64,000 bases of DNA from Cyanophora paradoxa CCMP329 (GCA_004431415.1 QPMI01000005.1:930001-994000), one strand, 5' to 3'. Counted from the first letter of the stretch, positions 48,805-59,971 are shown. Translations and numbers: made by a program. Notes: generated by a model not told the origin, from the sequence alone.

Positions 48805-49452
48805 CGCGCGTAGCGTGCCCGTCGTCCGCAGACGACCATGAGACCAAGGAGTCGTACAACATACGACAACCGAGGCTCATCAAAAACCAACAGGACTCCG
48901 AGACATGCGCGGAGTCTCCCCCCGCGCCGGGGCGGCAGACTCGAAAACCCAGCAAGTTACCGCGGGAAAAACCGCGTAACGGTCATGCGCGCTGGACCCC
49001 GGCTCGGCACCCGCGGGTCCAGAGGAAAACAGGGTAAAACCAGCGGTGAAAACTCGAGATTCTCCACGAAGCCGCGCGACTGTTTCTTGGGGGCGCGCTG
49101 GACCCCGGCCCGGCACAAGTGGGTCCAGCGGACGCGCGTGGAAAACGAATGACGACCGGTACACCGAGTCTGCGCGGTTCGTGCCCGAATCTTCGACGGG
49201 ACTACTGTAAATTACCACGGATCAGCTGTGCACGACCACGTCCGCGCTGGTGGCCGGCACCGAGCGGGAGTAACATCCGGAACCGTGTGCACAGGAGACG
49301 ACAAGGAACCACGTATTATAATACCCTCGGCGAACGCTGGCGCTGGTCGCCGTATGCATTGCCTTCTTGCGCGAACTTTTCGCAGCGCCGGGGCTCGCTG
49401 GGTGGCGAGGTTCGGCGCCCCAGAAGGAAAAATCGCGGGGAGGTGGGCGGGA

Positions 49453-49768
49453 GCGATTTCGCTTCGCCGCTGGTCGCTTCGTGGCCTGGGGCGGCCGCGA
49501 GCGAGGCTGGGCGTGAAGGGAAACCCCGAATCAGCGTACCCCCCGGAGCTCGGCGGCTTCAAGCCCGCCGGCTCGGCCCAACGGCTAGCTCAGCTAGTCC
49601 CTTGCGGGACGCTCGCTGCAGCCTGCTGCTTATCCCGTGCTCGCCTCGCGCCGCTCCGCGGCTAGCGAGTCGCTCAGCTCTTTCGTGCCTGGCGCTCGGC
49701 TACGGTCTTCTTTGTTCGCATTCCGTCGGCGCAAAACTCGATTTACGCATTGAGAGCGCAAATCCCGA
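49453..49768 (-). repeat. Split direct repeat A2 (316 bp)
   Basis: Matches 59656-59971, with one C/T difference noticed. Confidence 0.92.
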
Positions 49769-50327
49769 TTTACGCCTCGCTTCATTCGAATGCAGAAGAC
49801 CTAGCTATCTCACGCCTGGCACTGCTTAGCTAGATGCACGGGATAGCGCATCAGGTTGGGCCCTGAGGTACGGCAGCTCAAGGCTGCTTTCCCGGGAACC
49901 ACGTATCATAATACGTTGGCGATCGACCAGGGCGGATCGCCGTATGCCATTCCGGCCTCGCCCTTGCGAGTTCCGGAACAAGAACTCTCCGGGGTAAGCG
50001 CGCTAGGCGCCTGTACCCCGGGGAGGGCCGTTGCGGGTCGAGACGGTGTACCCCGCTCGGGGGTACTCCTCTCGGGGCCGTCGCGGGGCCGATCGGGGTA
50101 CCCCGCTCGGGGGTACACTTGATCGGGGCCGCTCTGACGCCGTACCCCTCTCCGGGGTACGCGTTCGGCCTCGGGCCGCGCCTTGTGGGGCCGGTTGGGG
50201 CGAACAGCGTACCCCGGGGAGGGGTACGCGGTTTCTTCCGGGTTCGGGGATCCGAAGCCGGGTACCGCCGCCGGAGGCCGCGGGGGTGAGCGTAGCGAAC
50301 GCAGCACGAATGCAGTACCCCCTACCA
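49768..50327 (-). repeat. Split direct repeat B1 (560 bp)
   Basis: Abuts A2, forming the predicted circle junction. Confidence 0.92.
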
Positions 50328-50562
50328 AACAAGAGTCAGGTCACAGCCAGCCAGAATAGCATACATTGCACCAATCATAAAACGCTGGAGCGGCCGGGGG
50401 GGGAAAAGAGCGGGGCCCTTTATGAGCCCCCCTTCCCCTCCGGCTCAGCATCCCCCGCTCCCTATCCTTCCCCGCCCGCGCACCGCGCGGGCCCTCGCGT
50501 GTCATTCTCGATTGCCAGTACGGCTAACCGTGAATGCATTTTTTACACGCTACAACGCCGGG

Positions 50563-51600
50563 CTAAAAGCCGAGGTCGGCGAGGTCGGAGGAGAGGAGGA
50601 ACAGGTAATCCTCGATGTACCCCTGGGGAACCGAGGAGTACAGGGCCCAACGACCGTGACGGCGGATCCAGGTCGCCGGCAGGCCGCGGCGGGCCGCAGC
50701 CGTGGCGCCGCCGCGGCGGAGGCTGTGCCCGGAGAAGTCCGCGGGGTCGTGGCCGACCGCGCCGGCCACCTCCTTCACCAGGCGCCGTAGGAAGCCGGCG
50801 GTGACCGCGGTCGACGGGTCGGAGAGACGCGGGAATAGTGGGGCCGTGGCCGGGGCGTCGGCCCGGTTCTCGCTCAGGTGGGACGCGAGCAGCCGCACGG
50901 GGCAGGACGGACTGTGGCGGGCGGGCGTCAGGTAGACGACGGCGCCGCGTGCCTCCTGGTCGGTCTTCGAGCGCCGGACGTGCAGGGCGATGCGGGGGGA
51001 CGGTTCCGTCTCGCACGTGACGTCGCCCATTCGAAGGGCGACGAGCTCTGCGCCTCGCAGGAACCCGGCGATGCCAACGGCGAGCAGCGCGGCGTCGCGG
51101 AGTCGCTGCGCCGGGGCGCGGTTGCCGAAGGAGGAGGTGGCGAACCAGGCCCGGACGTCGCCGGGCAGGAGCGCGCGGCGCTGCTGGACGGGCCGGCCCA
51201 GGCGGCGCTTCATGCCGCGCCAGGCCGTCTGGTACATGAACGAGCGCGGCTGGGCGGGGTCCACCAGGCCCCGCAGCTTGAGCTCGCGCCAGATGTGGGC
51301 CGCCAGGCCGCCGATGGTGCTCGGGGCGAGGTCTGCCCCCGCCGTGCGGCGGCGGCTGGCGGTCGCATCGGCCAGAAAGAGGAGGACGGAGCGCTCGGCC
51401 GCCGGCGCCAGGTCGTGGCGGGCGGTGAACGCGAAGTACCGGCGCGCCGCGCGCCGCTGCCCCGCCGTGGTGCGGGGCGCGAAAGCGGCCCCCTGCCAGT
51501 CGGCGAGCTCCTCCGCCGCCACGTTCGGCTCTACGACCAGAAGGTCAGCTCGAGCGGCCACGGGGACGAGCCCAGGCCTATGCTCCCGGAGAAGAAGACA
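50563..51600 (-). CDS. Tyrosine recombinase (start uncertain; frame open to 52245, overlaps end of RT ORF)
   Basis: RDAALLAVGIAGFLRGAEL, RRSKTDQ, CPV, FSGHSLRRGGAT, HGRW, terminal Y: full R-K-H-R-W-Y catalytic set. Confidence 0.93.
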   Translation of the reverse strand, partial: CLLLREHRPGLVPVAARADLLVVEPNVAAEELADWQGAAFAPRTTAGQRRAARRYFAFTARHDLAPAAERSVLLFLADATASRRRTAGADLAPSTIGGLAAHIWRELKLRGLVDPAQPRSFMYQTAWRGMKRRLGRPVQQRRALLPGDVRAWFATSSFGNRAPAQRLRDAALLAVGIAGFLRGAELVALRMGDVTCETEPSPRIALHVRRSKTDQEARGAVVYLTPARHSPSCPVRLLASHLSENRADAPATAPLFPRLSDPSTAVTAGFLRRLVKEVAGAVGHDPADFSGHSLRRGGATAAARRGLPATWIRRHGRWALYSSVPQGYIEDYLFLLSSDLADLGF

Positions 51601-53600
51601 TGGGGGGGAAGGTCGGCGAGCGGGGCGACGGAGGCGCCGCGGGCGCGAAGGTCCGCCAGCGCGACCGACCAGGTCGTGCTGGGCTGGACGGGGAGGAGGA
51701 GGCCGAGGGGGGCCGAGGCCGGGCGATCGCGGAGCGAGGCGATCAGCGCCGGGCGGAGGCGAGAGTCGACCGTCAGGACGGTCGGCTCCGCGGGGCGGAA
51801 GTCGCCCAACCAGAGGTCGTCCTCGAAGGCGACGTGGTGGTGGGCGGCCGCGCGCTGACCGAGGAGACGTCGGCACCGCTCGAGGAGGGAGCGGTTCAGA
51901 GCCGGGGCGCGGGCGCCGTCGCGCGAGCCGCGGTCGGCGAAGACGTTGGCCTCGCCCGGCAGGTGCCGGGCGGTGATGGACACGCCGAGGGCCGCGCAGC
52001 GGTGCCAGAGGCGGACGCTCAGGTCGAAGAGGCGGGCGGAGCCGCCCCCGCGCGCCACGGCGGCGACCGCCGAGCGGTTGTCGCAGCGGATGAGGACGTG
52101 CGCGCCCGCGGGGAGCAGGGGGAACAGGTCGTCCGCCGCGGCGACGATGGCGCGGAGCTCGCGCTCGTTGCTGCTCGTGTCGCCGGCCTTCATGGGGCCG
52201 TCGGAGGCGCGCAGGGACGCCGGGAACGTGCCGAACACGGACCACGCCTCGCGCTGGCGCGTGGCGCCGGCGTCGAAGGACACCGCCTTGTCAAGGAAGG
52301 CGGCGTAGCCGTAGCCGGAGGCGTCGGTGAACAGCCGGTAGAAGGACCGCGGCGTCCAGATCGGGTGCTCCGGGGGCGAGCCGCGGCGGAGGGCGGCGCG
52401 CAGCCACTCGAGGCACTCGCGCGCGGGGCCCTCGATCGTGACCAGCGACTCGTTGAACGGGTCGGCGAGCGCGTCCGCGGTCGACATGAGGCCGAACAGG
52501 GGCCGGGTCATGAGGCGGACCGCGGGGAAGGCCATGCGGAGGGCGATGAGGGAGCCGGCGAGCTTCTGGAGCCGGCGGGCCGAGACGGAGGGCTGGTCGA
52601 GCGCCTCGTCGACGCGCGCGAGGGTTTTTGCGACCTTTTTCGCGGTGACCGCGAAAACGCCGGACTCGGGGCGCACGTCGATCACGATGCCCAGGTACTC
52701 CGTGAGCTGGGTCGGCGTGAAGTCCGATTTCTCGGAGAACGTGATGCCGAGGTCGGGCGCGATCGCCCGCAGGTGCATCGACACGAGCTCCGCGATTTCG
52801 CGGGACGGGCAGATGAACAGCCCGTCGTCGATGTACGTGCAGAGCTTGACCCCGAGGGCGGCCCAGTACTTCGCGAACGCGCGCGTGAACTTCGTGAACG
52901 CGAAGCACGCGATGTTCACGCCGAAGCAGAGCGCCTGGTAGACGTACAGGACGCCTCGCCACTCGAAAGAGAGCAGGCGCTGCGTGCTCGGCTCGAGGGC
53001 GATGTGGTAATAGCCCTTTTTGAGGTCGAACTTCACGAGCCAGCAGCCGGGCGTGAGGTACGACGCAACCTCGTCGAGCGTCTGGTACCGGAAGGTCGGC
53101 AGCCGGATGAACGGGTTCACCGGCGTCGCGTCGAGGCAGAGGCGGAATTTGTCCGGGCCGGCCTTGTCGACCACGAGGAGCGAGGCCCGGTGCCGGATCA
53201 GGCGGATGTCCTCCTCGGTCGCGACGCGCGTGACGCCGAGGGCGAGCATGCTCGCGGCCTCGCGGTCGACGAACGCGGTGTGCTCCGGCGTGCGGTAGCA
53301 CGAGTTGCGCGGCCCTTCGGGACGGATCCGGGGTAGGTCCAGCGGGGACGCGACCGGCATGCCGTTCAGAGTCTGGAGCGGCAGGCGCAGGCCCTTGCTA
53401 ATCACGATGCCCACCCAGGACGGCAGCTGCGTGCCGGCGCGGCGGAAGAAGGCGCGCCAATTGTGCGCGTGGTCCTGGAGCTGCCCCGCGCGGAAACGTG
53501 CCGCGGCGCCCGTGAAATCGTATGGGCCCGGGTCCCCGTGCGCCGCTACCAGGCGGCGCAAGCGCTCGAACGGGTCGGGGGTGGAAGCGCCTGGTGGCAT
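51531..53600 (-). CDS. Reverse transcriptase - RNase H (DIRS type) with degenerate C-terminal methyltransferase-like region
   Basis: KFRLCLD, FDLKKGYYHI, LCFG, YIDDGL, YLGIVID; RNase H FTDAS, ERELRAI, RCDN, NVFADRGSR. Confidence 0.93.
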   Translation of the reverse strand: MPPGASTPDPFERLRRLVAAHGDPGPYDFTGAAARFRAGQLQDHAHNWRAFFRRAGTQLPSWVGIVISKGLRLPLQTLNGMPVASPLDLPRIRPEGPRNSCYRTPEHTAFVDREAASMLALGVTRVATEEDIRLIRHRASLLVVDKAGPDKFRLCLDATPVNPFIRLPTFRYQTLDEVASYLTPGCWLVKFDLKKGYYHIALEPSTQRLLSFEWRGVLYVYQALCFGVNIACFAFTKFTRAFAKYWAALGVKLCTYIDDGLFICPSREIAELVSMHLRAIAPDLGITFSEKSDFTPTQLTEYLGIVIDVRPESGVFAVTAKKVAKTLARVDEALDQPSVSARRLQKLAGSLIALRMAFPAVRLMTRPLFGLMSTADALADPFNESLVTIEGPARECLEWLRAALRRGSPPEHPIWTPRSFYRLFTDASGYGYAAFLDKAVSFDAGATRQREAWSVFGTFPASLRASDGPMKAGDTSSNERELRAIVAAADDLFPLLPAGAHVLIRCDNRSAVAAVARGGGSARLFDLSVRLWHRCAALGVSITARHLPGEANVFADRGSRDGARAPALNRSLLERCRRLLGQRAAAHHHVAFEDDLWLGDFRPAEPTVLTVDSRLRPALIASLRDRPASAPLGLLLPVQPSTTWSVALADLRARGASVAPLADLPPHVFFSGSIGLGSSPWPLELTFWS

Positions 53601-53703
53601 TGTACACGCGGGTACACGACGGGGGAACGGGCTCGCAGGCCCGGGGGCGGCGGGGGGCGACGCGGAGGTCGACGGGAAGGCCGCGGGCGGGGGCGCGGGG
53701 GGG

Positions 53704-56700
53704 CTAGTCCCGGTCGCCCTTGCTGGGCTTCTTCTTCCGTCCCTTTTTGCGCCCGTCGTCCCGGTCGTCGGGGTCATCGTCGCCGGCGGCGGGGGCGCGG
53801 GGTGCCTTGCCACCGCGGTTGTGCTTCCGGCCGCCGCGCTCGCGGCGTGCGCGGCGCTCTGCGCCTGCTCGCGCGAGGCGTCGGCGGGAGGTCTCGGAGG
53901 CGTGGGCGGGAGAGAACCTCCGGCGGCCAGGAAGGCGGCCGTCATCGCCTCGGGTGTGCCAACCGCGAGGGTGGCGGTCGTCTGCTTGTCGAACTTGCGT
54001 AGCTCGTGGGGGCCGAGGGGCGGGTTCTGCAGGAACGACGACGTGCCGCGGCCGGAGGAGCTGCGCAGGAGCTTCGCCGAGTCGGGCCAGGCCGCGACCG
54101 CCTGGCCGGCCTGGTTGAGGGAGCGGGTGAGGTCCGCGGAGGGCCGCATGTAGGCCCGGAGGACCGAGAGGGCGCGGACGGCCTCCCGTAGGCGGTGGTA
54201 CAGCGGCCGCGTGAGGGCGTCCCACTCGCGGATGAGCTCGCCGCTGCGGCCGCAGGCGCCGCCCGGCATGCGGGCGCGGATCTCGCCGATGCGCGCGACG
54301 AGGCCGATGGCGTTCTGCACGTTGGCCTGGGCGAGCCCTTGCGTCACGAGGCCCCAGCAGAACTCGATCGTCTCCCGGATGCAGAAGAGGCCGAAGTTCG
54401 CGATCATGGGCGCGACCTGGGGATCGACCGCGCCGGCGGCGCTGCCCGCGATGTTGTTGCCGCCGGGCATGAGGTAGTTGGTGAAGCCCTGCTCGATCTG
54501 GCGGAGCCGCTCGGCAAGCTCGGTGGCCGCGGTGTGCAGGCCAGTCTCGGCGGCGGGCAGCTGGAGGCCGAGGAGGTTGGCGGGGCGAACGAGATCGCTC
54601 GGGAGGCGGCCAGCCGGCTTCGCGGCCGACGGCTTCGCCCGCTTCGCCTCCTTCCGCGAGGGAGCGGCGGAGGCCTCGGAGGAGGAGTCGGAGTCCGACT
54701 CAGGGGAGCCGGCGTCCGACGAGGCGGAGCTGGAGTCGTCCGGGTCGGACGGGTCGCTGGGCGCAGCCGACTTCCGGCTCGGGGGTGGAGAGGCGGAGCG
54801 GGTGCGCTTGCTGCCGGCCGACTTGGTCGCCGGCGAGGACTTGCGGCGGTCCTTGTCGGCGGTCCGGTCCTTGGCGCGGTCGCAGCGCGACTCGCGGTGC
54901 TCGCGCTGGTTCTGCGCGTCCCCGGCTGTAGCGGCGCCGGCCGGGGGTCCGGTCTGGGCGGGGGCCGTCCCCGCGGTGATCGCGGGGGTCGGTGCGGCGA
55001 GCTGGAAGCCGGCCTGCGGGGCCCACGCTCCCGCCGCGGGCGCGGCGGCGGCCGCGGCGTGCTGGGCGAGCCAGACGAGATCCGGCGGGCCGTTGCCCGC
55101 CAGCAGCGCCGCACGCGTGGCGGCCCAGGGGTCGGCCGGCGGAACGAACGGGGGTCCGGCCGGCGGCTGGGGCGGCGCCTGAGCGGGCTGAGCGGCGGCG
55201 AGGGGCGCGTAGTGCGGCGCGGGCTGTGCCGCGGGCGTCGCCGACGGGGAGGGAGGGTGGCCAGCAGATGGCGGGCGGCCGCCGCGAGCGGCTTCGCGCC
55301 GGCGGCGGCCTGGGCCTCCTCGCGGGAGCGCTGGATGGCGGCCATGCGCTCGGACTCTGCCGCGGCGTGAGGGACGTGCAGCGAGGCGGGGTGCGGGGCG
55401 GACCCGTGAGGGGCGGCGGCAGCCGCACGATCTCCTTGGTGGCTGAGCGCCGCTTCGGGGCGGCCACCACGGCCTCGGGCTCCGGGTCGGGGTCCGAGTC
55501 GTCGTCGGACTCCTCGCCCTCGTCGCCCGAAGCGGGTGGCGGGGGTGAGGCCGCGCGGCGCCGCTGGGGCGGGCCCCAGTCGTCGTCGGAGAAGTCGTCT
55601 TCTGGGGCGGCCTGGCGGCGTTTGCGCTTCTCCGGCTGGGCCGGGCGCGGGGCCGGCTCCTCTGACGACTTCGCACAGTATCCAGGACGGGGGCCGACGG
55701 GGGCAGACTTGGACGGGGCCAGGCGGCGCGGTTGCGCCGGTGCCTTCTTCGTCTTCTGCTTCCCCGCCGGGGGCGGGGCCGTCTCTTCGCCGCCGGTCGC
55801 GGCGTCGGTGGCCGTCGGCGGGGGCGGGATGCGCTTCCGTCCCGTTGGGAGAAGCGAGCGCTTTGCCGTCGCCGGCGGCGGGGCGGAAGAGTTGGAGGCG
55901 TCGGGGGCGGAGCCCGGGGCGGGGGCGTCTGGATCGGCGGGGGCCGGGGTGTCGGCGCCGGCGTCGACGTCGATGACGTCGACCGCCGGCTTGCGCAGCC
56001 GAGATGACCCCCGGGCGGGCCGAGCGTAGAGGCTCCGGCCCTTCCTGCCCGGGGAATTCCAGGCCTCCTCGATCGCCCCGTGATGGAAGTGCGTCTCCGC
56101 GAGACCCCAGGGCTCAACGAGCTGGTCCCATGGAATCTCGCAGTCGGGCGGATCCAGCGGCCGAAGGCTCGCCGGCCAGGAGCGGGACGGTGCGGCCCGC
56201 GACGGGCCGGGGCAGAGGCCAAGGGCGGCGGCGTAGTCGTTGCGCAGGGCCGTGCGCAGCTCCGCGATGCCGGAGGCCGCGCCCTGCTCTTGCCCGGTGA
56301 AGGCCCGCACGAAGTCGCGGAACCAGGGCTGCAGGCCGGTTCCAAACGTCTTGGAGAACTTCTGCTTCTCCTGCAAGGCCGTGAGGCCGGATCGGCGGGA
56401 TATCGACAGCGGCCGTACCGAGTCGTGAAGCCAGGCGTGGATCATGCCGGCGCCCGCGAGGCCGGCCGCGAATTCCCACGGTAGGAGTTCGTGCGTGACG
56501 CTGTGTGTCCGCGGTGAGCCGGCGGGGTAAGAGAAACAACGCGCCGCGTCGGCGTACCGCCAGGCCGCGTCGTCGTCAAAACTCGTGGCCGGGAAGACGA
56601 GCGGCACGCCGAGCGGGTAGGCGAGCGTGTGGAACTCGAAGAGCTCGAGCTGGCGCGCGCCGGTGATACCGAAGGCCCGGAGGGCGTGAAGGACCGTGGG

Positions 56701-57287
56701 GACGTCGCCGAGGCGGGAGTGGAGTGTGCCCCACTCCTCCTGAGTGACGCCCAGGTCGGCGAGGTTGACGCCGGTGGCTTCGAGGCCCGAGTAGTCGTCC
56801 TTGGAGTGGATCGCGACGCAGATCGACGCGCGCGGCTGGCCGATGACGCGGATCACGTAGACCGGCACGAGCACGGCAAGGAAGGCGTGCGAGGTGTCGA
56901 ACTCGGGGGCGTCGGAGAACTGGCGCGGGATGAGAGCCGCCTGCGGGGGGGGGGCGCCCGGTGCGGCGTACCGCGAGGCGCGGGACCGTCCGCGAGCCCG
57001 CAAAGGGGAACGGCGGGAAGTAGCCGGTGAGGCGGAGAAACTTGCTGCACGCGAGGAAGCGGGAGCGTCGCGGCAGGTCGCGCCAGTAGACCCAGGCCCG
57101 CATCCCCGCCTTCGTGAAAGGTGGGGACTCGTCGAGCAACTCGTCCGCCAGCAGGTGCTGACCTGCGGCTCGTCGTAAGACGAAGCGAGGTGAAGCGGAC
57201 GGGGGCCCCGAGCGGAGGTCTAGCGGGGAGAAGGTGGCGGTGCTGCCGTGGCGCGGCCGCTGGGCGGGGCGCCCGCGCTGTGCGCAT
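53704..57287 (-). CDS. Long gag-like ORF1, broken by several apparent frameshifts
   Basis: Protein-like segments hop between frames near G/C runs (~57205, 56946-56954, ~55390, ~55255, ~53900). Plausible basic terminus RKKGRKKKPSKGDRD* at 53704. Confidence 0.55.
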
Positions 57288-57329
57288 GGCGGGGCGCTGG
57301 CAAGGCCGCAGTGGCGGTCCTGAAGTCCG

Positions 57330-59041
57330 CCGGCCGCTAGCGCGGCCGGGTCAGCCGGGGCGGAATGGGCCTCAGTGGAGTCGCGCGCGGCGCCGGACTC
57401 TGAGCACGGCCCGCCGCGCGGATGCATACGGGCCGGCCCGCAGCGCGAGGCGCACGCGGGAAGGGGCCAGGCTGGAGTTCGCCGGCCGTGGAGGCGGCCG
57501 GCGCTGCGGGGACAGCCCGGGGGCCACAGCGAGACGCGCGCAGCCCCGGAACTCCTTGCACGGGGCCCACAGCGCTAAGCGCTCGCGGGCTTGTCTCACA
57601 GCGAGGTGCTCGCGAGACCCGTGCTCCTGGTCGAAGCTCGCCGGCCGCGGGCGCGGCCGGGGTCCGCCGGGGCGGAACGGGCCGCAGCGAAAAACGCGCG
57701 CGGCCGCCGAACTCCGAGTACGGCCCACAGCTTGAAAGCACGCGGGCCGTCCCGCCGCGCGAGGCGCACGCAGGTGTGGAGGGCCAGGTTGGGAGTTGCC
57801 GGCCGAGGGAGGGCCGGTGCCGCCGCAGCAGCCCGGGGCCACAGCGAGACGCGCGCGGCCCCGGAACTCCTTGCACGGGGCCCACAGCGCCAAACGCTCG
57901 CGGGCGGTCTCACAGCGAGGTGCTCGCGAGACCCGTGCTCCTGGTCGAAGTTCGCCGGCCGCGAGCGCGGCCGGGCTCCGTCGGGGACGGGGCGGGCCGC
58001 AGCGAGGGCCGCGCGCGGCCTCCGAACTCCGAGTAGGGGGCCCGCAGCGCGAGGCGCCCGCGGGCCGTCCCGCAGCGCGAGGCGCACGCGGAGATGAAGG
58101 CCCAGGTTGGGAGTTGCCGGCCGAGGGAGGGCCGGTGCCGCCGCAGCAGCCCGGGGCCACAGCGAGACGCGCGCAGCCCCGGAACTCCTTGCACGGGGCC
58201 CACAGCGTCGAGCGCTCGCGGGCGGTCTCACAGCGAGGTGCTCGCGAGACCCGTGCTCCTGGTCGAAGCTCGCCGGCCGCGGGCGCGGCCGGGGTCCGCC
58301 GGGGCGGAACGGGCCGCAGCGAAAAAACGCGCGCGGCCGCCGAGCTCCGAGTACGGCCCACAGCTTGAATGCACGCGGGCCGTCCCGCAGCGCGAGGCGC
58401 ACGCAGGTGTGAAGGGCCAGGTTGGAAGTTGCCGGCCGAGGGAGGGCCGGTGCCGCCGCAGCAGCCCGGGGCCACAGCGAGACGCGCGCGGCCCGGAACT
58501 CCTTGCACGGGGCCCACAGCGCCAAGCGCTCGCGGGCGGTCTCACAGCGAGGTGCTCGCGAGACCCGTGCTCCTGGTCGAAGTTCGCCGGCCGCGGGCGC
58601 GGCCGGGCTCCGTCGGGGACGGGGCGGGCCGCAGCGAGGCCGCGCGCGGCCTCCGAACTCCGAGTAGGGGCCCGCAGCGCGAGGCGCCCGCGGGCCGTCC
58701 CGCAGCGCGAGGCGCACGCGGGGTTGAGGGCCAGGTTGGGAGATGCCGGCCGAGGGAGGGCCGGTGCCGCCGCAGCGGCCCGGGGCCACAGCGAGACGCG
58801 CGCGGCCCCCGGAACTCCTTGCACGGGGCCCACAGCGCCAAGCGCTCGCGGGCGGCCTCACAGCGAGGTGCTCGCGAGGCCCGTGCACCTGGTCGAAGTT
58901 CGCCGGCCGCGGGTGCGGCCGGACTCCGTCGGGGACGGGGCGGGCCGCAGCGAGGGGCGCGCGCGGCCTCCGAACTCCGAGTACGGGGCCCCACAGCGCG
59001 CACGCTCGCGGGGCCGTCCTGCAGCGCGAGGCGCACGCGGG
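57330..59041. repeat. Tandem array of ~5.3 GC-rich ~316-bp monomers upstream of ORF1
   Basis: Unit starts ~57465, 57781, 58099, 58414 and 58728; all share GGAACTCCTTGCACGGGGCCCACAGCG. Confidence 0.92.
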
Positions 59042-59655
59042 AGCCGTACTCCGTCGTCTCCCCGGGCCGCGCGAGCGGCCCGGGCACCGACCGCCGGGGG
59101 CCGGGATGACCCAGCCCCGGTCGACGGAGGTGGGCCTACAGCGCGGGCGCTCGCGGGCCGAGGCGATCCTGCGCGGGATCCGCCGGGGCGCCGAGGATGC
59201 GCGGCCGGCCATCGCGTCGAGTTGGTCTCGACATGCGCGCAGGTGATGGTCAGCCAACCGACGGGAATCAGGTGGCGAGGTGCGGTAGCCGCTTAACGGA
59301 AAGGAGAGGCCGGTGGCCGCGGATTGACGATGGGCCCCCGGAATAGCCTTCGCTATACGCTAGCGAGGCGGGCGAGCCCGGTCGTGAACCCACGTACCGC
59401 CGTGGCAGTAAGGAACTAACGCTAAGCGGGAACCGCCACCCGCCGACGATTCCGGCAGGATTGCTGGAGAGAGGGTGCCTTCGGGCCAGCCGTCGACGCA
59501 GAACTGCTGCACGGTTGCTGCTGCGCGGTTGCGCCGCAGATAATCTTCGGCTAGTGGGCTCCAGCTGACGCCGGGAAGGCCTGTGGCCGGAAGGGCTGGG
59601 ATGGTCGGCGGTCGGGCCGACATGGTGAGCTGACGTGCTAGCAGTGCTGGCTGTG

Positions 59656-59971
59656 GCGATTTCGCTTCGCCGCTGGTCGCTTCGTGGCCTGGGGCGGCCG
59701 CGAGCGAGGCTGGGCGTGAAGGGAAACCCCGAATCAGCGTACCCCCCGGAGCTCGGCGGCTTCAAGCCCGCCGGCTCGGCCCAACGGCTAGCTCAGCTAG
59801 TCCCTTGCGGGACGCTCGCTGCAGCCTGCTGCTTATCCCGTGCTCGCCTCGCGCCGCTCCGCGGCTAGCGAGTCGCTCAGCTCTTTCGTGCCTGGCGCTC
59901 GGCTACGGTCTTCTTTGTTCGCATTCCGTCGGTGCAAAACTCGATTTACGCATTGAGAGCGCAAATCCCGA
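59656..59971 (-). repeat. Split direct repeat A1 (5' terminus of the retrotransposon)
   Basis: Matches 49453-49768. Confidence 0.92.

Larger units (their letters stand above)
48245..59971 (-). mobile_element. Tyrosine-recombinase retrotransposon (DIRS order, PAT/Ngaro-type split direct repeats), ~11.7 kb
   Basis: gag-like, RT-RNase H and YR ORFs on the minus strand. Repeat order A1-ORFs-B1-A2-spacer-B2. Confidence 0.92.

Noticed and set aside
55300-56345. N-terminal third of the 1604-aa ORF as real protein
   Set aside because: The protein-like reading here is in another frame (54700..57003 ORF); this part is off-frame.
50031-59296. Long plus-strand ORFs and 400-550-aa ORFs within the retrotransposon and its array
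   Set aside because: Antisense shadows of very GC-rich coding DNA or repeat translations; Arg/Pro/Ala-rich with no motifs.
59200-59655. Possible ribozyme or structured ncRNA in the retrotransposon leader
   Set aside because: No hammerhead, HDV, twister or pistol core could be identified by eye; a covariance search would be needed.
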